Origin: an uncultured Bacteroidales bacterium | GTDB taxonomy: Bacteria; Bacteroidota; Bacteroidia; Bacteroidales; VadinHA17 | Length of the DNA: 64,000 nt | Direction: 5' to 3' | NCBI GenBank assembly: GCA_963780735.1 | Contig: CAWADB010000012.1 | Span: forward strand, 2,658-66,657 | Shown: one piece after another, positions 1 through 8,977 of the stretch | Position numbering within the stretch: position 1 is the first letter of the stretch | Layout: every line of letters starts with the position of its first letter | Position numbers and translations under genes: made by a program | Notes under the pieces: generated by a model | What the model was told of the DNA's origin: nothing | The model's input: the letters and a program-made list of their open reading frames with translations, nothing else | Databases searched by the model: none

Positions 1-456
1 CGATAGTGTGAGCCTCTGCTCAGAGGTTTCCTTCGGCCCGAGAACGCTTGAATAAGGATTTGCCGCTGTTTCCAGAAAAGTCAGCCCGCAGGCAATTATA
101 AAGAGGCATAAAAGTGTAAATCCGAAGGTCTGAATGTATGTTGCGGGCCAGAAAAGGAAAGCGCCGGCGGCATACAGGAGCAGGCCGGTGATGATGCCTT
201 TTTTGTAACCCAGCCTGTTCATGAACAAACCTGCCGGTATCGCCATCACGAAATAGCCTCCGTAAAGAGCTGCCTGCACCAGTCCTGATCTTGCTTTGGT
301 GATACCGAGGATATCCTGGAAGTGCTTGTTCAGCACGTCAAGAAGGCTGTGGGCCACTCCCCACAGGAAGAAAAGACTTGTCACCAGGATAAAGGCAATG
401 ATGAACTCGCGTGTCACCAGGCTTTTTGGATGCTTTGTAATTATCTCACTGCTCAT
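1..456 (-). CDS. MFS sugar transporter of the L-fucose:H+ symporter (FucP)/glucose-galactose family, N-terminal 152 codons only; gene continues past the left edge
   Basis: Own reverse-strand translation from ATG at 456-454: MSSEIITKHPKSLVTREFIIAFILVTSLFFLWGVAHSLLDVLNKHFQDILG...IIACGLTFLETAANPY. It is colinear with the FucP N-terminus (FFLW, LETAANP). Not in the ORF track because there is no stop in the window; the + ORF 296..607 is its antisense shadow. Confidence 0.75.
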   Translation of the reverse strand, partial: MSSEIITKHPKSLVTREFIIAFILVTSLFFLWGVAHSLLDVLNKHFQDILGITKARSGLVQAALYGGYFVMAIPAGLFMNRLGYKKGIITGLLLYAAGAFLFWPATYIQTFGFTLLCLFIIACGLTFLETAANPYSSVLGPKETSEQRLTLS

Positions 457-628
457 TTCATGGGACTTTGGCATGCAATATTTGTCATTATTTGCGAATA
501 ATACAACGCCGGAAATCACTCTGCGCTGCCTTCGGCATGCATCAGTCAAAATAAAGTGTTCCTGCAGCCTTTTCCAAATCTGTTTCTCTAAAACGATATA
601 TTTGTAATCAACAAACAGTCTTCAGAAC

Positions 629-2149
629 ATGAATATTCGATCTATGCGAGCCCTTTTCATCATCCAGGCCCTGATACTATCAGTCGTTCTTTCCTTAAGC
701 GCCACGGCGCAGGAGACTGACGAACAGCTTCTTCTGAAACATTTTCATTCAATCAGCAGCGAGGAGATAGCCGGCTGGATGGCGGAATTATGTTCACCTG
801 AATTTAACGGCAGGCTGGCCGGTACACCTGAATACACGGCCGCTGCAGAGTGGGTGGCAGGTCAGCTGCACGACTGGGGCATAAAGCCTGCGGGCGACAA
901 CGGCACATATTTCCAGTGGTTCGGTCAGCCGTATACTGTTGTGAATGATGCCGGATCCCTGCAGCTTCACATCACCCAGAAAGACGGTACTACTATTTTA
1001 AAGAACTACAATGCCCCGGCGGAGTACTATCCCGGAATGAATTCAGGCAGCGGAGAGGTAACTGCGGAAGTGGTCTATGTGGGATACGGCGTTACAGCCC
1101 CTGAGTTAAACTACGACGATTACAAAGGCATTGACGTGAAGGGAAAGATAGTGCTGATGAACCGCGATGTTCCCTATAAGGATGCACTTAATCCCGAATA
1201 CGCAAAATGGGTCGGATACTGCTATCACCAGTACAAGATTGAAAATGCCGCCCGGCACGGTGCGGCCGGGATGCTCTACATAGACGGCAACAGCGCCAAC
1301 CCCAACATCTCGTATATTGAAAACATGATTGTCTGCGGAATTGGTCCCGAACCGCTGGCTGACATTTTTGCCGGCCTTGGGAAAACCAATGCGGCCGTCA
1401 CCGCGCAAACAGACAAATCATTTAAACCGGGCTCCTTTTCAACGGGGAAGGTTATGACCATAAAGGCAAATACCACAAGACACCCTGAAGGCAGAGCCTG
1501 CAATGTTGCAGGAATCATTGAAGGTTCGGACCCCGTTCTGAAGGATGAGGTTATAATCATCGGCGCCCATCTTGATGCCGTGGGTAATGCAGGCGGACTG
1601 CTTGTGCCAGGCGGTTTTGACAATGCCAGCGGCGTGGTTGACATCCTGGCCGCGGCAAAAGCACTTGCAGGATCAGGAATAAAACTCAAACGAACTGTCC
1701 TGTTCCTGCTGACAGGAGGTGAAGAAACAGGTCTCGTGGGGAGCAAATTCTATGCGGCAAACCCGCTCTTCCCTAAAGAGAAAACAGTGACTTATATCAA
1801 CCTCGACATGGTGGGCAACGGAACAGGACTGGCGGTGAACGCTTCGGCGTCATGTGCCGCGCTGATCGGGTATTTCATAACAGCAAACGAAAAATACATC
1901 CACAGGCCATTGAAGACATCTGCCTCTTCGGTTACCTATTACGGCCGGCCGCGAAGCGACGGACTTGTCTTTCTGGCTGATGGCTACAGAACAATGGATG
2001 TTTACACAACCGATGGAGTAAAGCCGGTCTTTTATCATCTGCCCGGTGATGATGAGACCGCTGTCACGCCCGAAATTATGGAAGATGTGGCCAAGATTAT
2101 ATACCTGGCATTCATTTCGATGGCAAACGCTGACACCTTAGGCTTCTAA
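629..2149 (+). CDS. Secreted M28-family zinc aminopeptidase with PA-domain insert
   Basis: Signal peptide MNIRSMRALFIIQALILSVVLSLSATAQ. M28 metal-ligand blocks IIIGAHLDAVG, GFDNASGV, LLTGGEETGLVGS, NLDMVG. Confidence 0.85.
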   Translation: MNIRSMRALFIIQALILSVVLSLSATAQETDEQLLLKHFHSISSEEIAGWMAELCSPEFNGRLAGTPEYTAAAEWVAGQLHDWGIKPAGDNGTYFQWFGQPYTVVNDAGSLQLHITQKDGTTILKNYNAPAEYYPGMNSGSGEVTAEVVYVGYGVTAPELNYDDYKGIDVKGKIVLMNRDVPYKDALNPEYAKWVGYCYHQYKIENAARHGAAGMLYIDGNSANPNISYIENMIVCGIGPEPLADIFAGLGKTNAAVTAQTDKSFKPGSFSTGKVMTIKANTTRHPEGRACNVAGIIEGSDPVLKDEVIIIGAHLDAVGNAGGLLVPGGFDNASGVVDILAAAKALAGSGIKLKRTVLFLLTGGEETGLVGSKFYAANPLFPKEKTVTYINLDMVGNGTGLAVNASASCAALIGYFITANEKYIHRPLKTSASSVTYYGRPRSDGLVFLADGYRTMDVYTTDGVKPVFYHLPGDDETAVTPEIMEDVAKIIYLAFISMANADTLGF

Positions 2150-2153
2150 TAAA

Positions 2154-2190
2154 AACTCCCTCAGCCTTCAGGAGTGAAGGTGAGGGAGTT
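2154..2190. terminator. Long hairpin between convergent genes (bidirectional terminator candidate)
   Basis: AACTCCCTCA (2154-2163) pairs with TGAGGGAGTT (2181-2190), with a nested CCTTCA/TGAAGG stem. It lies between the stops of the M28 gene (+) and the YceI gene (-). Confidence 0.6.
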
Positions 2191-2207
2191 GGTGCCCGGA
2201 AGACCGG

Positions 2208-2792
2208 TTATGATTTTGCGACAAGTGTCACTTCGAGGGTGAACTCATCACCGATGGCTTTGTCACCCAGGTCACTGAAAAACTTACCTGAACCGTACCT
2301 GACATCATAGAGGGTGCGGTCAACAGTTATGACAGCCTTATAGGATTTTACACCCCCGGCTGAAGATTCCCTGACCGTGAACTCAACAGGATTGGTTGCT
2401 CCCTTGATAGTCATGGCGCCCTTAACTGTGGCCGTTCCATTTACAAATTTGCTGGTGCCCGTAAGCACGAGTTTTGCAGCCGGATATTTTTCCACACCAA
2501 AGAAATCATCTGATTTGAGATGACCGATCAGCATTCCGTTCATCTTTTCGTCTTCGAGGTCAGTGTTTTTGATAGTCGTCATGTCAACAAGGAACTCTCC
2601 TCCTGTAATGGCATTGTTATCAATGTGGATAACGCCTTCCTTCAGGTTTATCGTTCCGAAATGTTCTTTACCCAGCTTCTTCCCTGTCCAGACAATTTGT
2701 GTTGCTGCGGGATCAGCAGCATGTTTCTTCTGGGCGCTTAAAGGGAAAATAATCAATACTGCTATAATTACTATTAAGCTTGTTTTTTTCAT
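2208..2792 (-). CDS. YceI-family periplasmic (polyisoprenoid-binding-like) protein
   Basis: 194 aa with signal peptide MKKTSLIVIIAVLIIFPLSAQ. YceI-like blocks VWTGKKLGKEHFGTINLKEG and ATVKGAMTIKG...TLEV. Confidence 0.7.
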   Translation of the reverse strand: MKKTSLIVIIAVLIIFPLSAQKKHAADPAATQIVWTGKKLGKEHFGTINLKEGVIHIDNNAITGGEFLVDMTTIKNTDLEDEKMNGMLIGHLKSDDFFGVEKYPAAKLVLTGTSKFVNGTATVKGAMTIKGATNPVEFTVRESSAGGVKSYKAVITVDRTLYDVRYGSGKFFSDLGDKAIGDEFTLEVTLVAKS

Positions 2793-2901
2793 TTTAATTC
2801 AGTTTAACTTTCAGATAGAACCACGAAGGCTGGCACTTTGTTCAACAAAAGTTGAATAAAATGGCCGTAAAAGACAAATAATACTTGTATCAGACTTATT
2901 A

Positions 2902-3681
2902 TCAGAGGCTTTTGATGTTCATGCCTCCGCTGACCTCAAAAACGGTTCCGGATGAAAATTGCCAGTCACCTCTTGCGAGGGAGGCAACTGCTTTGGCAAC
3001 GTCTTCAGGTGTGCCCCATCTCTTCTGAGGAATAAGGCCTTCAGCAATGAGTTTGTCAAATCTGTCCTTGCTTCTGTGGGTCAGATCCGTCTCGATCAGG
3101 CCGGGTCTTATCTCGTAGACGTTAATTCCTTCCTCTGTCAGCCTGTCTGCAAAAACCTGTGCAGCCATGCTGAGGCCAGCTTTCGATATGCAAAACTCAA
3201 TTCCGGTGGTGAAAGATGTATAGGCAAGGAATGATGTCACAAACATTATTGAAGGCCTGTAGTCCTTGATTTGTTCTCTTATCCAGATCATCTCCCTTGC
3301 AACCTTCCTGGCAAAAAAGACAGGGCCCCGCAGGTTGATCTGTGTAACGCGGTCAAAGTCCTCCTCTTCAAGGTCAAGCAAATCCCTGCGCTCAATGGGG
3401 CCAACCCCGGCATTGTTCACCAGCAGGTCTATCCGTCCGTAATGTTCCATGATGCTTGAGATCGCTTCCTCGTGAAAAGAAGTATGAGCAATATCAAGGC
3501 CGATCGGGAAGAATGCTGCGCCAAGCTTTTCAATTTCCGGCTGGAGTGAAATCATGCACTCGCTGTCAGGGGTTCGGCCGATGGCGGCAATATCATAACC
3601 TTCGGAAGCAAGTGACAGCGCGATGGCACGTCCGATGCCCCTGCTTGCTCCTGTGATTATGGCTACTGGTTTCTGATTCAT
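2902..3681 (-). CDS. SDR-family oxidoreductase (FabG-like) with a non-canonical active-site motif
   Basis: TGASRGIG cofactor motif and NNAG are present. The catalytic region reads FCISK instead of YxxxK. The gene sits 10 nt downstream of the preceding gene. Confidence 0.8.
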   Translation of the reverse strand: MNQKPVAIITGASRGIGRAIALSLASEGYDIAAIGRTPDSECMISLQPEIEKLGAAFFPIGLDIAHTSFHEEAISSIMEHYGRIDLLVNNAGVGPIERRDLLDLEEEDFDRVTQINLRGPVFFARKVAREMIWIREQIKDYRPSIMFVTSFLAYTSFTTGIEFCISKAGLSMAAQVFADRLTEEGINVYEIRPGLIETDLTHRSKDRFDKLIAEGLIPQKRWGTPEDVAKAVASLARGDWQFSSGTVFEVSGGMNIKSL

Positions 3682-3690
3682 ATTGTCAGG

Positions 3691-5280
3691 TTACTTGCCG
3701 GATGTGGGTTTTCTCTTTAGCTTCAGGATGATCTCGCAGTCTCCGCTTACATCAGCATCAGAAGTTACATATGTACTTTTGTTAATGCTTGATGAAAGGT
3801 ACTTTTTCTTCTTTCCGCCAATTAAAAGGTCACCGGCGACGTAATTCACGGGTACAGGCAGGGACAGCTGAATATATTCATAGCTCCCCGAGAGCTTAAT
3901 TGTCATTTTCTCTGCCGTCTGGCTGTAGATATATTTCACGAATGCGCCGGAGCTCTTATAATCGACGCTTACCTCAGCCTTTTCAATTCCCGCGGCGGTC
4001 CACCTCGGGCAGATACGGATTCTCTTAAAGAGTTTGTCTTTATCCTGTATTCCGACAAGTCCCTCAACAAAGGCATAGAGCATTGCCGAAGAACCCCATC
4101 CGTCTGTCGGTTTGGCTTCGGGTGATGTGCTTCTCTCCACAGTTGAAGGCTTTCCGTCCGGGAAATACCACAGATAGGTCTCTCCGTTCCGGGATATAAG
4201 GTCATAATAACGCATGAGGATATCAATACCGTACTGTTCATAACCGTACTCAAGGGCGGCACGGGCCAGCTCGCCTCCTGTGAGAGGCATGATTCCTCCG
4301 TTGCAATACGCACCTCCCGACAGTTTATAATCACCGAAGATACCTGACGGGAACGGCGGGTCAATGGAGAACCACTCTGCAAATGCGGAAGTGGTCTCAC
4401 GCCGTTTCATGTATTCATTGATTATCGATGAGGCAATATGAGGAGTCGCAGCGCCCCTGTTGATAGCGGCAGGGTTACTCAGGCTTAGCTGCGATGCTTC
4501 GTCAACGCCATCAATTGTCACCGGGGTCAGTTTCACAAAATGAGTATAGAACGAACCGTTGAAACAGGTGCTGTTCATGCTCTTGCGAAGCTTCATGGCA
4601 CGGTCGCGCCATTTGGCTGACCTGATCTGGTCGCCGAACATGTCATACCAGTATGACATGAAGTGAAATGCCTCATAATATCCGCTGTTGTCACCGTGGA
4701 AGTAACCCCAGAAAGTCTTGTCATCAATCTGGAACTGAAGCCAGTCGTGCTGCCCGGCCGTATAGGCGAAGTCCCATGTGTCTATTGTATAAGGCCTGCG
4801 GAAGAGATATTTTTCCTTGTCGAAGTAACGTCCCCCCATCACATATCCGAGGGCCTTTTCAAATGACGGTATCAGCTCCTTGATGAAGGCATCGTCTCCG
4901 GTAGCCTGCCATGCCAGCCAGGAGGCCTTAATGAATCTGAACTCGGTGTCTGCCTCTACGGGTGTCCTGACATATTTGGTCCAGTTCTCGCGTTCGCATG
5001 GAAGCTTCTCGGGAAAGGTGGTGAAATAGTCAAAAATGCGGCCGTTGCGTGCCTGGTTGTCAGCGAAATGCCTTATGGTGCTTTTCAGATCAGCCTCCGA
5101 ATAGCGGAGAGCCCTCATCATGTCTGAATAGTTTCTTATCCAGATAGACCGGGCATCAGGGGACCGGTAACCTCTTATTTTTTCACCATCGATATTTACT
5201 TCAAGAAGATCCTGCTCCAGGAATCGAATTATCCTGGGAAAGAGTTCGTCAAATGCCGGAGTACCAGTTCTGACATACAT
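3691..5280 (-). CDS. Cytoplasmic (alpha/alpha)6-barrel glycoside-hydrolase-like protein, family not assignable by eye
   Basis: 529-aa ORF without a signal peptide. It is rich in W/Y/acidic sugar-enzyme-like blocks (TIDTWDFAY, GGAYCNGGIMPLTGGE, PTDGWGSSAM) resembling six-hairpin glycosidases. The CDS call is solid; the function is tentative. Confidence 0.55.
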   Translation of the reverse strand: MYVRTGTPAFDELFPRIIRFLEQDLLEVNIDGEKIRGYRSPDARSIWIRNYSDMMRALRYSEADLKSTIRHFADNQARNGRIFDYFTTFPEKLPCERENWTKYVRTPVEADTEFRFIKASWLAWQATGDDAFIKELIPSFEKALGYVMGGRYFDKEKYLFRRPYTIDTWDFAYTAGQHDWLQFQIDDKTFWGYFHGDNSGYYEAFHFMSYWYDMFGDQIRSAKWRDRAMKLRKSMNSTCFNGSFYTHFVKLTPVTIDGVDEASQLSLSNPAAINRGAATPHIASSIINEYMKRRETTSAFAEWFSIDPPFPSGIFGDYKLSGGAYCNGGIMPLTGGELARAALEYGYEQYGIDILMRYYDLISRNGETYLWYFPDGKPSTVERSTSPEAKPTDGWGSSAMLYAFVEGLVGIQDKDKLFKRIRICPRWTAAGIEKAEVSVDYKSSGAFVKYIYSQTAEKMTIKLSGSYEYIQLSLPVPVNYVAGDLLIGGKKKKYLSSSINKSTYVTSDADVSGDCEIILKLKRKPTSGK

Positions 5281-5321
5281 AACTGGAAGGTTAGGTTGGT
5301 TTCAAGGGTTAAAAATAGCAA

Positions 5322-5990
5322 TTAATCTTTTTGATTATCACCGCTGTTGCCATTTTCTTCCTCCTCTCCTGCATCCTCTTCCTCCTCATTTTCATAAAAC
5401 GGTACCGGACGCTGCGGGCCCTCGGCGCGATACCATGCTGCCAGGAACAGTCCAACGACGGCTCCAAGCATATGCGATTCCCACGAGATATCTATCCTGA
5501 AACCGGGGAATACGCCCCATACCATTTCGCCGTAAAGAAATGCCACCAGCAGGGAAAGACCCATAAGCGGAATATGGCGCCGGATTATGCCGCTGACAAA
5601 GAGGAAAGATGCAAGACCGTAAATGATGCCGCTTGCTCCTATGTGCCACGAAGGCCTGCCGGTGACCCACACAGACAGGCCCGTTAACAGGAAGAGCCAC
5701 AGCAGTACCCGGAAAGATACCTGTGAATAAAAGTAGAAGAGGGCTGTTCCAAGCACAAACAGGGGTATGGTGTTGTTAAACAGGTGCTTAATGTCGGCAT
5801 GGATGAAGGGTGATGTGATTATTCCGGTAAGGGATGACGCTTTCAGGGGATAAATGCCAAGGAAATAAAGGTCTGTGTCAAAAATCACCTCAACGGCCCT
5901 GACGAGCCACATCAGGGAAATGAAAATAAAAGGGATAAGCATACTTAGAAGCAATCGCTTCTTATCCGGTGCGGCTGATTGTTCATCCAT
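5322..5990 (-). CDS. Rhomboid-family intramembrane serine protease
   Basis: Multi-TM protein with HxxxN (HLFNN), the catalytic GxSG (GASGIIYG) and a TM6 His (SHMLGAVVG). Acidic C-terminal tail. Confidence 0.85.
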   Translation of the reverse strand: MDEQSAAPDKKRLLLSMLIPFIFISLMWLVRAVEVIFDTDLYFLGIYPLKASSLTGIITSPFIHADIKHLFNNTIPLFVLGTALFYFYSQVSFRVLLWLFLLTGLSVWVTGRPSWHIGASGIIYGLASFLFVSGIIRRHIPLMGLSLLVAFLYGEMVWGVFPGFRIDISWESHMLGAVVGLFLAAWYRAEGPQRPVPFYENEEEEDAGEEEENGNSGDNQKD

Positions 5991-6005
5991 TACAGCAGCT
6001 CCCTG

Positions 6006-7001
6006 TTATCCTTTCTTATCGCGTCCCGGGTACTTTATTCCGGCTTTTTTCCGGATCGCATCGAGAGTTTCGGCAAGAGTGAGCGAGAATGAGAGCGGTA
6101 CCACAGGGCTCTCCGTCAGCCCTTTATCAAGACAGTTCATTACCTCCACGGCCTCGTGCTGATAGCCCTGGGCAGGCGGAGTGAAGACCCTGTCCTCCGT
6201 GTCATTGGGATATTCAATGAAAAGATGCTGCGCCCGGTCTCTCCCGCGCGAAAGGATCAGATTACCCTTTTCACAGTTGAATTCAGTCGATACACCTGCC
6301 ATACTGGAAAATGAGCTGTGTGCTTCAGCAAGCCTGCCGTCTTTGAATCTGAAGATCACAGAGGTGCTTTCATCAGCTCCTGTGGGAGAGAGAACGGTGG
6401 AGGCAAGTATTGTCTCCGGCTCACCCATATAACGAAGTATGTCCATTACCGGGTAAATTCCTATGTCAAGAAGCGAACCTCCGCCAAGCCCGGGATTATA
6501 CGTCCTGAGTTCCGGATCATAAGGGGACAGGAAGGCGAACTTCCCGCTCATGTGTATCAGCCTGCCCATCTTTCCGCTTTCAAGGATCGACGAAGCTTTC
6601 AGATAAGATGGCTGAAACGGGGGCCATAACGCTTCCATAAGAAACAGTCCCAGCTTTTTTGCCTCGTCTGCCATCACCTTAACTTCCGGGGCGGTTATTG
6701 ACATCGGTTTCTCGCAGATAACATGCTTTCCGTTGCGGAGCGCAAGAAGGGTATGCTGAAGATGGTGTGAATGAGGGGAAGAGATATAGACTACGTCCAC
6801 CGCCGGATCTGCAACCATCTCCTCATAACTGCCATAGTGGGATTTAAAGCCAAACTCGGCCGCAAATTTTTCAGCCTTTCCGGCGTCACGCGATCCAACC
6901 GCCTGAAGATGTGCGTTATCCAGCAACATCAGCGACCGGGCAAATTTGTGTGCAATATTGCCGGTTCCGAGAATTCCCCAGTTATATGCTTTCATCGTCA
7001 T
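6006..7001 (-). CDS. Gfo/Idh/MocA-family NAD(P)-dependent oxidoreductase
   Basis: N-terminal Rossmann motif GILGTGNIAHKF and the EKP motif (VICEKPM). 331 aa. Confidence 0.85.
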   Translation of the reverse strand: MTMKAYNWGILGTGNIAHKFARSLMLLDNAHLQAVGSRDAGKAEKFAAEFGFKSHYGSYEEMVADPAVDVVYISSPHSHHLQHTLLALRNGKHVICEKPMSITAPEVKVMADEAKKLGLFLMEALWPPFQPSYLKASSILESGKMGRLIHMSGKFAFLSPYDPELRTYNPGLGGGSLLDIGIYPVMDILRYMGEPETILASTVLSPTGADESTSVIFRFKDGRLAEAHSSFSSMAGVSTEFNCEKGNLILSRGRDRAQHLFIEYPNDTEDRVFTPPAQGYQHEAVEVMNCLDKGLTESPVVPLSFSLTLAETLDAIRKKAGIKYPGRDKKG

Positions 7002-7128
7002 GAATTTTGATAAAGTTAACGATTATTGATATAACCCGTTACATGCCCCTTTCAGGGCTGTTAATAAAAAAAATAAAATATTCTTAAAAAAATACATCTA
7101 TGTATTGCATAGTATTAAAATAAATAAA

Positions 7129-7136
7129 TATATTTG
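7129..7136 (+). promoter_or_regulatory. Bacteroidota-type -7 promoter box (TAnnTTTG)
   Basis: TATATTTG lies 47 nt upstream of the ATG at 7183, in a very AT-rich divergent intergenic region. Confidence 0.5.
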
Positions 7137-7182
7137 CATTACAATAATAGTATGTATTAACAGATACCTTATAATTAAGACA

Positions 7183-7764
7183 ATGAAAGTAACAGTTAAC
7201 ATCAACCTTGGGGGCTATGCATTTAATGTTGATGAAGATGCTTATGACCGCCTCCGTCAATACATGAAAAGTCTTGAAAAGGAGTTTTCAGGTGAGTCGA
7301 GCGCAGCCGAGATCATGGCAGACATTGAAGGAAGGATAGCCGAATTATTCAAATCGAGGCTTACCGGTTACAAACAGGTGATCACCATGAAGGATGTAGA
7401 GGAGGTTATGGCCATCCTTGGCGCTCCGGAAATCATCAGTGGCAGTGCAGCCACGGAAGGGCGGTCAGGCAGGTCGCCGAGAAGGATCTACCGTGACCCT
7501 GACGGAAGAATTATAGGCGGGGTATGCGCCGGCCTAGGGGCATACTTCAACTGGGATCCGCTGATCTGGAGGGTGATTTTTGGCGCACTGGTTATTGCCG
7601 GCGGCTTCGGGATTGCCCTGTATCTTATACTGTGGATCATCGTTCCGGAAGCAAGGACCACGGCTCAGAAACTTGAGATGAGAGGCGATCCGGTGACGAT
7701 TGAGAATATCAAGGATTCTGTTAAAGAGGAATTTGAGACCGTTAAAAAGAAAATGAATCTTTAA
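7183..7764 (+). CDS. PspC-domain membrane protein
   Basis: The internal ATG at 7183 (MKVTVNINLGG...) is preferred over the track start 7105. PspC motif RIIGGVCAGLGAYFNWDPLIWRVIF is followed by a TM helix. Confidence 0.8.
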   Translation: MKVTVNINLGGYAFNVDEDAYDRLRQYMKSLEKEFSGESSAAEIMADIEGRIAELFKSRLTGYKQVITMKDVEEVMAILGAPEIISGSAATEGRSGRSPRRIYRDPDGRIIGGVCAGLGAYFNWDPLIWRVIFGALVIAGGFGIALYLILWIIVPEARTTAQKLEMRGDPVTIENIKDSVKEEFETVKKKMNL

Positions 7765-7804
7765 CGGTATACAACATAGAAATGCTGATAAAACAGAAAT
7801 TGCC

Positions 7805-8134
7805 ATGAATACGGACAACACAAAAGCACAAATGCGCAAGGGAATTCTTGAGTACTGCATACTGGCAGTGCTTTCGAGGAATTCATGCTATGCGGTCGAC
7901 ATCATCAATGAGCTCAAAAAGGCAGAGGTGATCGTCGTTGAAGGAACACTCTACCCCCTGCTGACAAGACAGAAGAATGCAGGATTGCTGGGTTACCGCT
8001 GGGAGGAGTCCCCGCAGGGGCCTCCCCGAAAATATTATGAGCTCACCGAACTGGGAAAGATTTATCTCAGTGAGCTTGATAAATCGTGGGAAGCGCTTGT
8101 AGAATCAGTCAATCAGATACGGGACAAGAAATAA
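7805..8134 (+). CDS. PadR-family transcriptional regulator
   Basis: 109 aa with the winged-helix pattern YAVDIINELKK...GTLYPLLTRQKNAGLL...PRKYYELTELG. Confidence 0.9.
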   Translation: MNTDNTKAQMRKGILEYCILAVLSRNSCYAVDIINELKKAEVIVVEGTLYPLLTRQKNAGLLGYRWEESPQGPPRKYYELTELGKIYLSELDKSWEALVESVNQIRDKK

Positions 8135-8143
8135 GAGGCAGCC

Positions 8144-8977
8144 ATGAAAAAAACCATGAATATCAATATTGCCGGACAACTCTTCCGTATTGATGAGGAC
8201 GCCTGGAAGATACTTACCCACTACCTTGACCATGTAGCCACCAGGTTCCGCAAGGAACAGGGAGGCGATGAGACACTTGCCGATATTGAATCGCGCATAG
8301 CCGAGATCTTTGGCGGAGGAAAGGAACCGCCGGTACTTGTTTCAAAAGAGATGGTCAGTGACATGATCAACACAATGGGCGCTCCGGAGGACTATTATGA
8401 CGATAACAGCGTGAACCGTGACAGCACTGCCTTCACTACCCGCAAGTCGATGTACGATCCCAACAGCCTTTCTGCCCGTACCGGCAAAGCCCTCGCCGGT
8501 TTTTTCGGCGCACTGGGAAAAGTGCTGTCTGCAATTTTCAGGGTGCTTGCCATATTCTTTGGAGTAATATTTACAATTATCGGATTTGTTCTTCTCTTCT
8601 CATTTGCAATGGTACTTTTCTTCCATGATGCACCCTTCCTCGCTTCAGCGATGGAACCGGGAATGACAAACATTAATACGCTGCTCTCCATAGTACTGAA
8701 CAGCAATATGGTATGGCCAGTAATCATTCTTACTGCCCTCGTTATTCTGATCCCGCTGATAGCCCTTACCTATCTCGGCATCAAGATGATCTTCAATATC
8801 AAAACGAGGCTCAGGGTTTTAACGATAGTAATGACCGTGATCTGGTTTGCTTCCTTATGCTGCCTTGGTGTGTTCCTGGGCCTTCAGCTCTCTGTTTATT
8901 CGAACAGTGAGCGTATTGAAAAGAAGATGGGTCTTGAGGCTCCGCCGAAGATATTATGGATCGCCCCGTTAAGATAA
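8144..8977 (+). CDS. Membrane protein, N-terminal fragment of a frame-disrupted gene; its N-terminal module is paralogous to the PspC-domain protein at 7183
   Basis: MKKTMNINIAGQLFRIDEDAWKIL...ADIESRIAEIF...TMGAPE aligns with the N-terminus of 7183..7764. Several TM helices follow. It stops at 8975-8977 exactly where another frame opens. Confidence 0.7.
   Translation: MKKTMNINIAGQLFRIDEDAWKILTHYLDHVATRFRKEQGGDETLADIESRIAEIFGGGKEPPVLVSKEMVSDMINTMGAPEDYYDDNSVNRDSTAFTTRKSMYDPNSLSARTGKALAGFFGALGKVLSAIFRVLAIFFGVIFTIIGFVLLFSFAMVLFFHDAPFLASAMEPGMTNINTLLSIVLNSNMVWPVIILTALVILIPLIALTYLGIKMIFNIKTRLRVLTIVMTVIWFASLCCLGVFLGLQLSVYSNSERIEKKMGLEAPPKILWIAPLR

Noticed and set aside
296-607. Plus-strand ORF of 103 aa at the left edge
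   Set aside because: It lies antisense to a clear FucP-family N-terminus (reverse strand 456..1) and has no protein-like motifs. It is a shadow ORF.
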